DNA from: Nanobdellota archaeon
GTDB taxonomy: Archaea; Nanobdellota; Nanobdellia; Pacearchaeales; GW2011-AR1
NCBI GenBank assembly: GCA_038044405.1
Contig: JBBTAC010000002.1
Location: 1-55,433, forward strand
Direction: 5' to 3'
DNA length: 55,433 bases
The translations under genes were made by a program, and so were the position numbers. Every line of letters begins with the position of its first letter. Position 1 is the first letter of the stretch. Positions 1 to 8,878 of the stretch are shown here, in pieces. The notes beneath the pieces were generated by a model. The model had not been told where the DNA came from. It saw only the letters and a list, made by a program, of their open reading frames with translations, and did not search any database.

Positions 1-2
1 TT

Positions 3-3000
3 ACCATTTATAATAATACTATTACAACAAATGGAAGTGATGCCATTTCTAATACGGCAAGTAAATTTAATTTTATCCATAATAATAATATAACAACAAA
101 TGGGACTTCATCAGATGGTATACTGCCAGGAACAAATAGCACGGTTCTTAACAATCAAATAACTATCAAAGGTGCTTCTGGCGATGGCATTACATTTAAT
201 GGAAACGCCAATAACACCTTACAAGGAAATGTTATTATTATCTCCAATGGAGTCGGAAATGGTATAACTGTTGTTAACGGCGATTTTACCCACATCTTAC
301 ATAATAATATAACTACTAGAGGAACTGGAGACGGTATTTCCTTCAGTTCAGGATCAGATTACGCAGTTATCAATGGAAATATAATTAATACTAGTGGTAG
401 TGGTGATGGTATGGATATTAATGGTGTTGGTACGAATATCACAAATACGACAATTACAACAACAGGGGGAGGTATAGGCATAATCCTGAGTAGTTCAACT
501 AACGGCACTTTACGCGGAATCAATATAAAAACCAACGCATCTAATGCCTACGGCATTTATACAGGCACAAGCGCGGTTAGTTCTTTTGAAATATTTGACA
601 GCATTTTAAATGCTTCTGCTTCTGGATTAAATGATTTTTTTATTGATGGCACTCTTAATACCACATCCAAAGGAAGTGTATGGAATCTGACAAATGTAAC
701 AGGAAGCAGTGCAAATATTGATAGAAACTTTAGCGTAGGCGCCAACGGCACTCTAAACGTCCACTGGTATCTTGATGCATTTGCAAATTACACAAATAGC
801 ACAAATGCAACAAATGCAAACATTAGCGCATTTAACAAAAATAATCTAATGCAATTTAGCGTTCTCACAGGGGCAGACGGAAGAATAACAAGGCAAATTC
901 TTTTAGAATATTCTCAAAACGGCACAGGCGGAAGCAATACAACATACTATTCAAATTACACAATTAATGCGACCTCAATTCAAAAGCAAAATTTAACTCA
1001 ATCATGGAATATGACGGCCAATAGACTCCTAACTTTTACATTTCTTCCAGAAATAATTGCGCCCATAGTAACAATAAATTCTCCCGCGAATAATACTAAT
1101 ATATTCGATAATCGCAGTGTTTTATTAAATTGGAGTATCCAGGAAGATAGTAACAATAGCGAAGTTTTTGTATGGGTATCTAATGGATCTAATTCTGGCA
1201 ACATAACAGACTTTCTTGTTTATCATAGGACTAATAAAGTTAATGGAACATATACCTATAATTTTAGTGCACCTGTTGTCGATAGTAGATACGGCGATCT
1301 TATAGCCTTGTATCATTTTGACAATTTGAGTTCTAGGGGAGAAAATAACACATTGGTTCTTGATTCCGCAGGAGGAAATAATAATGTAACCTGTATCGGA
1401 ACTACATGCCCCTTATTTAATGAAACAGGTTTAATAGCAGGAGCTTTTGAATACGATGGTATTAATGATTTCTTTAATTTAAGCAACCCAGGGAATATTA
1501 GCAACGGCAGCGTTATGTTATGGACTAAACTTAGGGGAATTCCCTCAAATACAAGCGATGGCTATCTAGTTTCTAAAGTTAAATCAGGCACCAATAACGG
1601 AGAATTTAGATTAATAATAAATAATACTGGAGGTATTGAATTTCAAATAGAATGTCTTTCCCCTACTGCAACATATCTTGTAGAAGGAGATTCCGCACTT
1701 TCTGTTGAAATATGGTACCATATTACTACAATATGGGATTCTGCTGGTATTATGCAATTATATGTTAACGGCATTAAACAAACAGATACTGCAGCGCCTA
1801 ACTGCGGAATGCAGGTGTTTTCTGAAGATGTCCATATAGGCAGGAATAATGCTTTAGGAAGTGGGCTTTATAATGGGACTATTGATGAACTTTCAATATG
1901 GAACCGATCTTTATCACAAGCAGAGATAACTAACCTATATAATTTAAGTATGGGCAAATATTATTGGATTGTAAATGCTAGCGATAACGTGGGCAATACC
2001 CACAGTCCAGGATATTACGAGTTTAATATTACACAAACGGTTATAGCCTCGCAAAATACCGTAAATATATTTCAGAGTACATTTCTAAATTCCGTAACTT
2101 CAACAACAAAAAAAATTATCACATTAATAACTGGGCAATTGAGAATAGTAGCAAATCTTGTTAGAACATTATTAGGAATAAGAACTCAAACCGGAAATGT
2201 TGTATTGACCGCAAGCGAAAGTGATGTTGGACTATTTATAAAGCCGAATATTTATTTTGATTCTAGGACTTTGGCAAATGGCACACAAGTTAATCAGTCA
2301 AATGTATTTATTGAAGTTGAGTTTACAGATAATGATTTTAGCAATTTAAATTACACACTTTACAATGATACTAAAATTGTCGCGAATATAAACTCAACAT
2401 ACAAATATAGTTTTGACTTGTCTAAATATTCCAGAGTAATTAACAATTCGGATTTATCTTTGTCTGCTGATAGTTCTGGTATTGCTTATAATCCTGTTAA
2501 TAATACTTTATTTGTTATACATAATACTGTTGGAAGCGAGAGCATACAGGAGATTGACTTGAATGGGAATTTGATAAGGAGCATAACTTTAACTGGATTT
2601 CATGATACAGAAGCAATTGCCTATGCAAATACCAGCGGAGGGACACATAGATTTATTGTTGCGGAAGAGCAAAGAGCTAATCTAACAGCCATATTTATCA
2701 ATGATGGTACGACAACATTTGCGCAGTCATCAGGAATTATATACAACACATCTTTAGGGAATCTTGCTAATTTAGGATTAGAAGGAGTTGCATACGATGC
2801 TAATAGGGATGTATTCTATATTGTTAAAGAAAAGACTCCTAAAGCTGTTTATCAGGTTAATGCGACTGGCTCTCCTAAGGCATTTACTTTATTCAATGCA
2901 GATTCTCTTTTAAGTGGACAGCAAAGCACTAACTTATCCGACCTATCTGAAGTTTATTATGATAATAACACAGACACCCTATTTATTTCAAGTCATGAAA

Positions 3001-4988
3001 CGCAGGTAATTGCTCAAGTAAATTTGAATGGAACAATCATAGGAAATTTAAGCGCAGACCACATGACTCAACTTGAAGGAATTACCTTCGATACATTTGG
3101 CGATAAGCTTTATGGAATGGGGGAGGCAGATTTCTTCTCGACTTGGCACACTAGTAAGAATTATACTTCTTATCATAATTTCACAGGTATCGCCAACGGG
3201 ACTTATTTCTACAATGTTTCTGCCAGAGATGCTTTGAATAATTTTAATACAACTGAAAGCAGAACAATAATACTTGGAACATTGGCTACAGGAAATGCAT
3301 TTACTACTAATCTGAATCAATTGCTTTCTTTAAGAGATGTTGGGGCAAGATTTGGGAACTCATTTAGAATAAGTACTATTAATAACATTATTAATGGTGT
3401 CTTGAGCAGAACTAGAAATGTTGTAACATCTTTAACTCAAGCTTTGAATGTTGCCGCAAATCTTGTTAGAACATTATTAGGAATAAGAACATCAAATCAA
3501 AGCATATCTTTAAGCGCAATTTCCAGCAAAATAGCAAGTCTAAATAAAGCAATAGTCCAAAGAATTAATATTGACAATGTCCTAAGCCGCACATATTCGG
3601 GTATAAGAAGTCAAATACAATTATTATCTTTAAATACAGTAACTTCAAGGACAAAATCATTCCAAATAAATATCGTGCAATCATTGAATACATTTAGTTC
3701 AAGTGCTAAATTCAGCGCATTTAATAGAATTTTAACCCAGCAATTAACAATACTCTCAAGATTTTCAACTGTATTTTCAGGTTTGAATAAAATAGATTTA
3801 TTTCAAGGGTTTGTAATCAGCCCGATATCAGATAAAACCGGATTTTTCAAAAAGGGACTTGTACAATCTATCGTTATCAATCCAATAATAAGTAACAGCA
3901 AACTATTTTTTATCTCGTTAACACAAAAGATAAATATAATATCAAATTTCAATCGGGCATATCTATTTGTTAGAAATCCTCTTGCAACTCTGAACATAAA
4001 CAACATATTAGACAAAAAAGGATTTTTCTTTAGATTAATCGAAGCCATATTAAGAATAATAACCGGAAGAGTAGGTCCTGAACCAGAGCCGACTCCTACC
4101 TCAACTTCTTCTAGTTCAAGTTCAGGAAGTTCAGGAGGGGGAGGCGCAGCAGTCAGTACAACTACTAAAGGATTTGATATAGATAAAAACAAGATTAGTA
4201 TCCTATTAAAACAAGGAGAAACAAAATCAGATTACATAAAGATAACAAATAAAGAGAATAAAAAAATAAGAATTAGCATCTCCGCTTTAGAAATAGAAGA
4301 TTTAATAAAAATAAGCGAAAAAGATTTTGATCTTGAAGCAGGCGAATCCAAGGATATAAGAATTGATTTTATTGCCCACGAGGGTATTCCCCAAGAATTA
4401 TCCCTATCTCCAGGAGTATATATCGGAAAAATAATTGTCAGCGGTAATAATATAAATAAAGAAATTTTAATTGCAATAGAGGTCGAATCTAAGCTTGCTC
4501 TCTTTGATGTTAAAATTAGTGTACCATATAAATTTACAGAAATTAAACCAGGTGATGAGCTTCTCGCAGAAGTAAAAGCATTTAATCTGGGAAGAACAGG
4601 CTTGGTAGATGTAAAGGCAGAATATACAATTAAAGATTTCAATAATAATATTATTCTTGAAGAATCTGAAACACTAGCTATTGAAACTCAAACATCTTTC
4701 GTTAAAAGATTTTCTATATCTAGTAATGCGGAATACGGAGATTATGTTATTTATGTAAAAATTATCTATGCAGATAGCGTAGCAACATCCAGTGCAGCCT
4801 TCAAAATAACCCAGAAGCCATTTGTCAATTTAATAATAACCGCCTATGTCTTCTCTGCCATTGCAGTTATCTCAATAATAGCCCTTATTATGTTCTATCT
4901 AATAAGAAGAATGAGGAGATTAGAAAGAAGATTGGATAACCGAAATAGAAGAATAACTTTGCAAAAAATATCTCATACTTATCGATAA
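3..4988 (+). CDS. Giant cell-surface protein, 5'-truncated by the window edge: parallel beta-helix repeats, LamG/ConA-like domain, SdiA-regulated-like beta-propeller, degenerate repeat stalk, PT/S/G linker, two beta-sandwich-like domains, C-terminal TM anchor
   Basis: Frame 3 is open from nt 3, with no stop before the listed M411. The upstream part translates to NNxIT(T)xGxxxDGI-type repeats. LamG-like stretch: LIALYHFDN...WYHITTIWDSAGIMQLYVNG...GTIDELSIWNRSLSQAEI. Propeller-like blades: SGIAYNPVNNTLFVIHN, LEGVAYDANRDVFYIVKE, LEGITFDTFGDKLYG. Linker: GPEPEPTPTSTSSSSSSGSSGGGG. C-terminal hydrophobic helix LIITAYVFSAIAVISIIALIMFYLI followed by RRMRRLERR. Confidence 0.85.
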   Translation, partial: TIYNNTITTNGSDAISNTASKFNFIHNNNITTNGTSSDGILPGTNSTVLNNQITIKGASGDGITFNGNANNTLQGNVIIISNGVGNGITVVNGDFTHILHNNITTRGTGDGISFSSGSDYAVINGNIINTSGSGDGMDINGVGTNITNTTITTTGGGIGIILSSSTNGTLRGINIKTNASNAYGIYTGTSAVSSFEIFDSILNASASGLNDFFIDGTLNTTSKGSVWNLTNVTGSSANIDRNFSVGANGTLNVHWYLDAFANYTNSTNATNANISAFNKNNLMQFSVLTGADGRITRQILLEYSQNGTGGSNTTYYSNYTINATSIQKQNLTQSWNMTANRLLTFTFLPEIIAPIVTINSPANNTNIFDNRSVLLNWSIQEDSNNSEVFVWVSNGSNSGNITDFLVYHRTNKVNGTYTYNFSAPVVDSRYGDLIALYHFDNLSSRGENNTLVLDSAGGNNNVTCIGTTCPLFNETGLIAGAFEYDGINDFFNLSNPGNISNGSVMLWTKLRGIPSNTSDGYLVSKVKSGTNNGEFRLIINNTGGIEFQIECLSPTATYLVEGDSALSVEIWYHITTIWDSAGIMQLYVNGIKQTDTAAPNCGMQVFSEDVHIGRNNALGSGLYNGTIDELSIWNRSLSQAEITNLYNLSMGKYYWIVNASDNVGNTHSPGYYEFNITQTVIASQNTVNIFQSTFLNSVTSTTKKIITLITGQLRIVANLVRTLLGIRTQTGNVVLTASESDVGLFIKPNIYFDSRTLANGTQVNQSNVFIEVEFTDNDFSNLNYTLYNDTKIVANINSTYKYSFDLSKYSRVINNSDLSLSADSSGIAYNPVNNTLFVIHNTVGSESIQEIDLNGNLIRSITLTGFHDTEAIAYANTSGGTHRFIVAEEQRANLTAIFINDGTTTFAQSSGIIYNTSLGNLANLGLEGVAYDANRDVFYIVKEKTPKAVYQVNATGSPKAFTLFNADSLLSGQQSTNLSDLSEVYYDNNTDTLFISSHETQVIAQVNLNGTIIGNLSADHMTQLEGITFDTFGDKLYGMGEADFFSTWHTSKNYTSYHNFTGIANGTYFYNVSARDALNNFNTTESRTIILGTLATGNAFTTNLNQLLSLRDVGARFGNSFRISTINNIINGVLSRTRNVVTSLTQALNVAANLVRTLLGIRTSNQSISLSAISSKIASLNKAIVQRINIDNVLSRTYSGIRSQIQLLSLNTVTSRTKSFQINIVQSLNTFSSSAKFSAFNRILTQQLTILSRFSTVFSGLNKIDLFQGFVISPISDKTGFFKKGLVQSIVINPIISNSKLFFISLTQKINIISNFNRAYLFVRNPLATLNINNILDKKGFFFRLIEAILRIITGRVGPEPEPTPTSTSSSSSSGSSGGGGAAVSTTTKGFDIDKNKISILLKQGETKSDYIKITNKENKKIRISISALEIEDLIKISEKDFDLEAGESKDIRIDFIAHEGIPQELSLSPGVYIGKIIVSGNNINKEILIAIEVESKLALFDVKISVPYKFTEIKPGDELLAEVKAFNLGRTGLVDVKAEYTIKDFNNNIILEESETLAIETQTSFVKRFSISSNAEYGDYVIYVKIIYADSVATSSAAFKITQKPFVNLIITAYVFSAIAVISIIALIMFYLIRRMRRLERRLDNRNRRITLQKISHTYR

Positions 4989-5003
4989 AAATAAAATAAA
5001 TCT

Positions 5004-5429
5004 TTATTGCCAAACAGCCAGAATTCCAGCCATTACTAATAATGTCGCTAGATAATGAAATACATTTATCATGTAATATCTAAATGATTTTCCTTCCCAC
5101 AAAACACTTCCCAACAAAACAGGGGCGATAAAGCCAAGCCAAATCCAGAAGCCAGCTTGCATGCCTTCAAAGAAAGTTGTAGCAGCAATATACTGAACAA
5201 AATAAGAAAGTATGAAAGACATCAATAATGTTGCAATAAATGCAGCAAAATAATATGGCGCCATTCCTTTTTTCTTTACGCCTTTAATATCCTTTTTTGT
5301 CTGGCCAGATTCTTTCATCCAAGCAGTTGCAAATAAAAGAGGAGAATACCATAAAAAGCCAATAAACATTGAAACAATAGCTGAAACAAGAACTGCAATA
5401 TAATTTATATCAAAATCCGTAATCACCAT
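5004..5429 (-). CDS. DUF1761-like integral membrane protein (paralog of 8879..9265)
   Basis: Multi-TM profile. Motif FLWYSPLLFATAWMKESG near the N-terminus and C-terminal GILAVWQ are both mirrored in the 128-aa ORF at 8879. Confidence 0.75.
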   Translation of the reverse strand: MVITDFDINYIAVLVSAIVSMFIGFLWYSPLLFATAWMKESGQTKKDIKGVKKKGMAPYYFAAFIATLLMSFILSYFVQYIAATTFFEGMQAGFWIWLGFIAPVLLGSVLWEGKSFRYYMINVFHYLATLLVMAGILAVWQ

Positions 5430-5472
5430 AATAAAAGAATGGAATGCTTTATTTAAATACCTTCTTAATAAT

Positions 5473-5733
5473 TTATTTTTCTAAAACCTTTCTCTCCAAT
5501 AATCCAGATAAAGGTTTTCCATCTAATTCTACAACTGCCCTTTTTCCATCTATTAAATAAAACTTGTCCGAGATACCATTCTCATTAATATCGGCTTCTT
5601 GAATTATATATTTTGTTTGCCTTCTATCAAGATTAGTCTTAAGCATAAAACCAAGTCCGAAATAAGCACTTCCTAAAGCTAATCCTATTCCTAAAAATTG
5701 ACCAAATTTAGAGTCGTACCATTTGTCAGCCAT
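5473..5733 (-). CDS. Small membrane-anchored protein, unknown function
   Basis: 86-aa ORF with one hydrophobic helix (FGQFLGIGLALGSAYFGLGFML) followed by a charged soluble tail. No recognisable family. Confidence 0.5.
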   Translation of the reverse strand: MADKWYDSKFGQFLGIGLALGSAYFGLGFMLKTNLDRRQTKYIIQEADINENGISDKFYLIDGKRAVVELDGKPLSGLLERKVLEK

Positions 5734-5783
5734 AATCTAAATATATAAAAGTAATTTATAAGCATTTAGGCATTTTTGTAAAT

Positions 5784-5916
5784 ATCAAGAAGTCCTTGTA
5801 TTTTTGTCTGGACTCATCAAAGTCTTATAGACCTTGAATGCCATCAAGAATCCGACTTTAGAAGATTCTTGAGGTCTGGATGCTCAAGATTCAACTATCG
5901 AGGAATCTTGACATAA
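5784..5916 (+). repeat. Multi-hairpin intergenic repeat element, copy 1 (133 nt)
   Basis: Positions 5784-5891 match 28087-28194 at 107/108 nt (single G/A difference at 5811 vs 28114, manual alignment). Hairpins: CAAG-aagtc-CTTG (5786-5798), CTTGA/TCAAG (5833-5848), CAAGAATC/GATTCTTG (5845-5871), CAAGATTC/GAATCTTG (5885-5910). Shared 3' end ACATAA. Confidence 0.9.
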
Positions 5917-5967
5917 GTAAAAACTAACTTAGAAAGATAATTAAATTTGAATATATTATTATAATCG

Positions 5968-6294
5968 ATGTATAGAGTAATATATGCGTTTGGAAGACAA
6001 GGTATAGAAATAACTAATTCTTCAATAACTAATTTTTACGATAAAAGAGAAATAGAAATTCCATCCTCAATAAAAATTCCAGATAATTTAGAAGCAATAG
6101 AAATACCTGAATTTGAAAGAACACAACATTATAGGGCTTCACAATATTGGTATTTCACAGTAACATTTCCTGAAAGAGAAAGGTTTAGAACAGGCAGAAC
6201 TTTAACAGAAGAAGATATTAACAGAGAAATAGCAAAATCTTTAGAAAAAGAATTCAGATTTTTATATTGTCAATTTTATGTAAAAAATAAATAA
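5968..6294 (+). CDS. Hypothetical protein
   Basis: 108-aa ORF about 50 nt downstream of repeat copy 1. No recognisable motif. Confidence 0.5.
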   Translation: MYRVIYAFGRQGIEITNSSITNFYDKREIEIPSSIKIPDNLEAIEIPEFERTQHYRASQYWYFTVTFPERERFRTGRTLTEEDINREIAKSLEKEFRFLYCQFYVKNK

Positions 6295-6327
6295 ATATTA
6301 TTCTTCACTATTAACCAAATACTCTAA

Positions 6328-6618
6328 TTATCCAGAATGCTCTTCATTAACAAAGTCCACTTTAGATTCTAAAGTTGATTGTACAAAGCTTTCAAAAGTG
6401 TTTAATCTTTCCTTAACCCTTTTTTCAACTTCATCAAAAAGGACATCATAATCTCCATTGCTTATATTTTTTCTGTCTCCGAACATTTCACTTTTCAACT
6501 TCAAAAAATCATTTAAAACCTCATAATCTTTTCCTCTTCTCCTATTCATAAGTATAAAACCCGCCCATCTTTCTATATATCTTCTATTTTTCGGAATCAT
6601 ATATTCTTCTTCAGCCAT
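6328..6618 (-). CDS. Hypothetical protein translationally coupled to aEF-2
   Basis: 96-aa ORF. Its ATG shares one nt with the EF-2 stop (TAATG at 6616-6620, minus strand). Charged helical sequence with no recognised family. Confidence 0.6.
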   Translation of the reverse strand: MAEEEYMIPKNRRYIERWAGFILMNRRRGKDYEVLNDFLKLKSEMFGDRKNISNGDYDVLFDEVEKRVKERLNTFESFVQSTLESKVDFVNEEHSG

Positions 6619-8816
6619 TATTCTTTCCCAATTCCTTTTCTTTCTCTAATTTTTCTAATTACTTCTTCTTGCAACTCTCGAGGAAGTTTCTGAAATTTTT
6701 GATCCATAAGACTTGAAAATCCTCGTCCTTCTGTTGAAGATCTCAAGTCATTGCTCCAACCAATCATTTCAGCTACCGGGATTTTTGCAATAACAATTAT
6801 ATCTCCTGCCTCTTGCAGAACATCTATCAGTACACCTCTTTTGCTTCCGACTAATTGCGTTACAGCTCCCATGAATTCAATTGGTGCTTCTATTCTATGA
6901 GTTTGTATAGGTTCAAGAATTGCAGCTGTACTGGCCATGCATTCAAACATTCCTTTTCTTACAGCAGGATAAATCTGCGCTGGACCGCGATGCATATGGT
7001 CTACGTGTAATTTAGTATCATGCAGAATTAATTTTGATTTCATTAAAGGCTCACGAGCAAGAGGCCCAGAATCAATAACAAGTTTCCAGCCGTCCATGAT
7101 TGAATCTATAACTTCTGTAAGAAGAACAATTCCTCTTGTTCTGTCTTCAAATACATTTCCTTTGTAAATTTCTTTATACTGTCTTGCTTCTTCACTACTA
7201 ATTCCCAATTCAGTCAATTTTTTCCAGGTATTCTCTGCTCTTTTCTTTAATCTTTCTTCTGGAATTTCACCTCTTTCAATAGCATCGTAAACAGCATCTT
7301 CCAATGGTTCTATGCTAAAGTAAAATATGTTATGTCCATTGGGTGTTCTTATTTCTGTTTTATTACTTTGCTTTATAACGGTCTCACGATATACAACTAT
7401 AGGATTTCCTGTTTTAACCTCAAGACCCTTTTCATTTTTGATTCTCCCCTCAATAATTTCTAAATGCAATTCTCCCATTCCAGATATTAAATTTTCTCCT
7501 GTTTCTTCATTAATCTCAACTTTAATGCTTGGATCTTCTTTTCCTACTTTTCTAAGAACTTCAATTAACTTTGGCAAATCTGCAGATTTGTTTACTTCTA
7601 TTGACTTAGTGATAACTGGCTGGAATATATGCCTTATTTCTTCAAATGGAGTTTGTTCGTTAACAGTTATTGTGTCGCCAACATCTGCATTCAAACCAGT
7701 GATTGCTAAGACATTTCCAGCAGGCACCTTTTCTAATTGTTCAGGCTTAACGCCATTGTAAACTAAAACTTGCTGTATTCTTGCTTTTCTCTTGGCATTA
7801 TTTGCATAAACTTCCATGCCATTTACAATTGTGCCAGAATATAATCTTCCAGCAGCTATCTCTTTTCCAGATCTCGGATCAATAACGATTTTTGTAATAA
7901 CAAAAGCAACTTCTCCTTCTCTATTACAGTTTACTAAATCAGTTCCGAATTTGCTTTCTATATCCCCTCTCCATATTTTCGGAATTCTATATTTTTGAGC
8001 TTCTAATGGATTTGGCAGATGTTTTACAGCCATATCTAAAACAATCTCATATAAAGGAGCATTATCCCATGCCCATTTTCTTCTATCTGATTCTTCCATT
8101 TCATATAACTTTATTACATCCCTAAAACTGATTCCTTTTTTCTTCATGAAAGGAAATGACAAAGCCCAATTATCTCTGGCAGAACCGAATGCAACACTAC
8201 CATCTTGAACATTAACTTTCCATTTTTCCTTAAACTCTGGCTCTGCAATCTGCATTATTAAATTATTAAATTCCTCGATAACTTTCATTAATCTTTGCTG
8301 CATTTGTTCTGGAGTTAATTTTAATTCTTTTATCAATCTATCAACTTTGTTTATGAATAAAACAGGCTTTACTCTTTCCCTTAATGCTTGTTTCAATACA
8401 GTTACTGTTTGAGGCATAATTCCCTCACAGCCGCAAACAAGAACAAATGTCCCATCAATTGCACGCATTGCCCTTGTAACGTTTCCACCAAAATCAACGT
8501 GTCCTGGAGTGTCAATTAAATTGATAAGATATTCTGTATCATGAAAATTGTGTACCATTGAAACATTTGCAGCATCAACAGTCATTAATCTTTCTTGCTC
8601 GTCAGCATGCTGCCAAGTCATCATACCTTCTTCTAAATCGCCGGCATTCTTTGTAGCCATCATACCAGCTGCGGCTAAAAGAACGTCTGTGAACGCTGTT
8701 TTCCCATGGTGTATGTGTGCACTTGTTGCAACATTACGAATATCCTTCTGTGTCGAAACTAATCGCTGAATTTTTCCTAAGTTTGTTTCTTTCTCTACCA
8801 TTTTTTGAAAAAACAA
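6618..8816 (-). CDS. fusA: Translation elongation factor 2 (aEF-2)
   Basis: GTPase motifs AHIHHGKT, DTPGHVDF, NKVDR. Diphthamide-loop-like HVDHMHRGPAQIYPAVRK. The 732-aa length is typical of aEF-2. The true start may be the internal MVEKE. Confidence 0.97.
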   Translation of the reverse strand: MFFQKMVEKETNLGKIQRLVSTQKDIRNVATSAHIHHGKTAFTDVLLAAAGMMATKNAGDLEEGMMTWQHADEQERLMTVDAANVSMVHNFHDTEYLINLIDTPGHVDFGGNVTRAMRAIDGTFVLVCGCEGIMPQTVTVLKQALRERVKPVLFINKVDRLIKELKLTPEQMQQRLMKVIEEFNNLIMQIAEPEFKEKWKVNVQDGSVAFGSARDNWALSFPFMKKKGISFRDVIKLYEMEESDRRKWAWDNAPLYEIVLDMAVKHLPNPLEAQKYRIPKIWRGDIESKFGTDLVNCNREGEVAFVITKIVIDPRSGKEIAAGRLYSGTIVNGMEVYANNAKRKARIQQVLVYNGVKPEQLEKVPAGNVLAITGLNADVGDTITVNEQTPFEEIRHIFQPVITKSIEVNKSADLPKLIEVLRKVGKEDPSIKVEINEETGENLISGMGELHLEIIEGRIKNEKGLEVKTGNPIVVYRETVIKQSNKTEIRTPNGHNIFYFSIEPLEDAVYDAIERGEIPEERLKKRAENTWKKLTELGISSEEARQYKEIYKGNVFEDRTRGIVLLTEVIDSIMDGWKLVIDSGPLAREPLMKSKLILHDTKLHVDHMHRGPAQIYPAVRKGMFECMASTAAILEPIQTHRIEAPIEFMGAVTQLVGSKRGVLIDVLQEAGDIIVIAKIPVAEMIGWSNDLRSSTEGRGFSSLMDQKFQKLPRELQEEVIRKIRERKGIGKE

Positions 8817-8878
8817 AGAGGGTTTTTAAATCTTCTTGAAGAAGATAATTTTAAATAGTTAAATTATATATAACTATC

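Noticed and set aside
5784-5916. Repeat element as a C/D-box sRNA or as a carrier of a micro-ORF (a 19-codon minus-strand ORF, MAFKVYKTLMSPDKNTRTS, is conserved in both copies)
   Set aside because: A UGAUGA-like box exists on the minus strand, but no properly placed CUGA D box is present on the same strand in both copies. The micro-ORF has no start context, and its conservation follows trivially from the near-identity of the DNA.
7327-7761. 144-aa antisense ORF inside aEF-2. Similar antisense ORFs lie inside the surface-protein gene (3803-4192, 4232-4642), nrdJ (17551-18036), rpoB (22649-23116), rpoA (27204-27623), tal/pgiA (44222-44758), pgk (48306-48704) and gap (48958-49332).
   Set aside because: All lie fully within strongly supported genes on the other strand, are hydrophobic or low-complexity, and lack motifs. 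They are typical AT-rich-genome shadow frames.
8831-8845. 7-1-7 palindrome TCTTCTTgAAGAAGA in the divergent spacer between aEF-2 and the DUF1761 gene
   Set aside because: It is a single short purine/pyrimidine palindrome in AT/AG-rich DNA with no second copy seen elsewhere. That is insufficient to call an operator.
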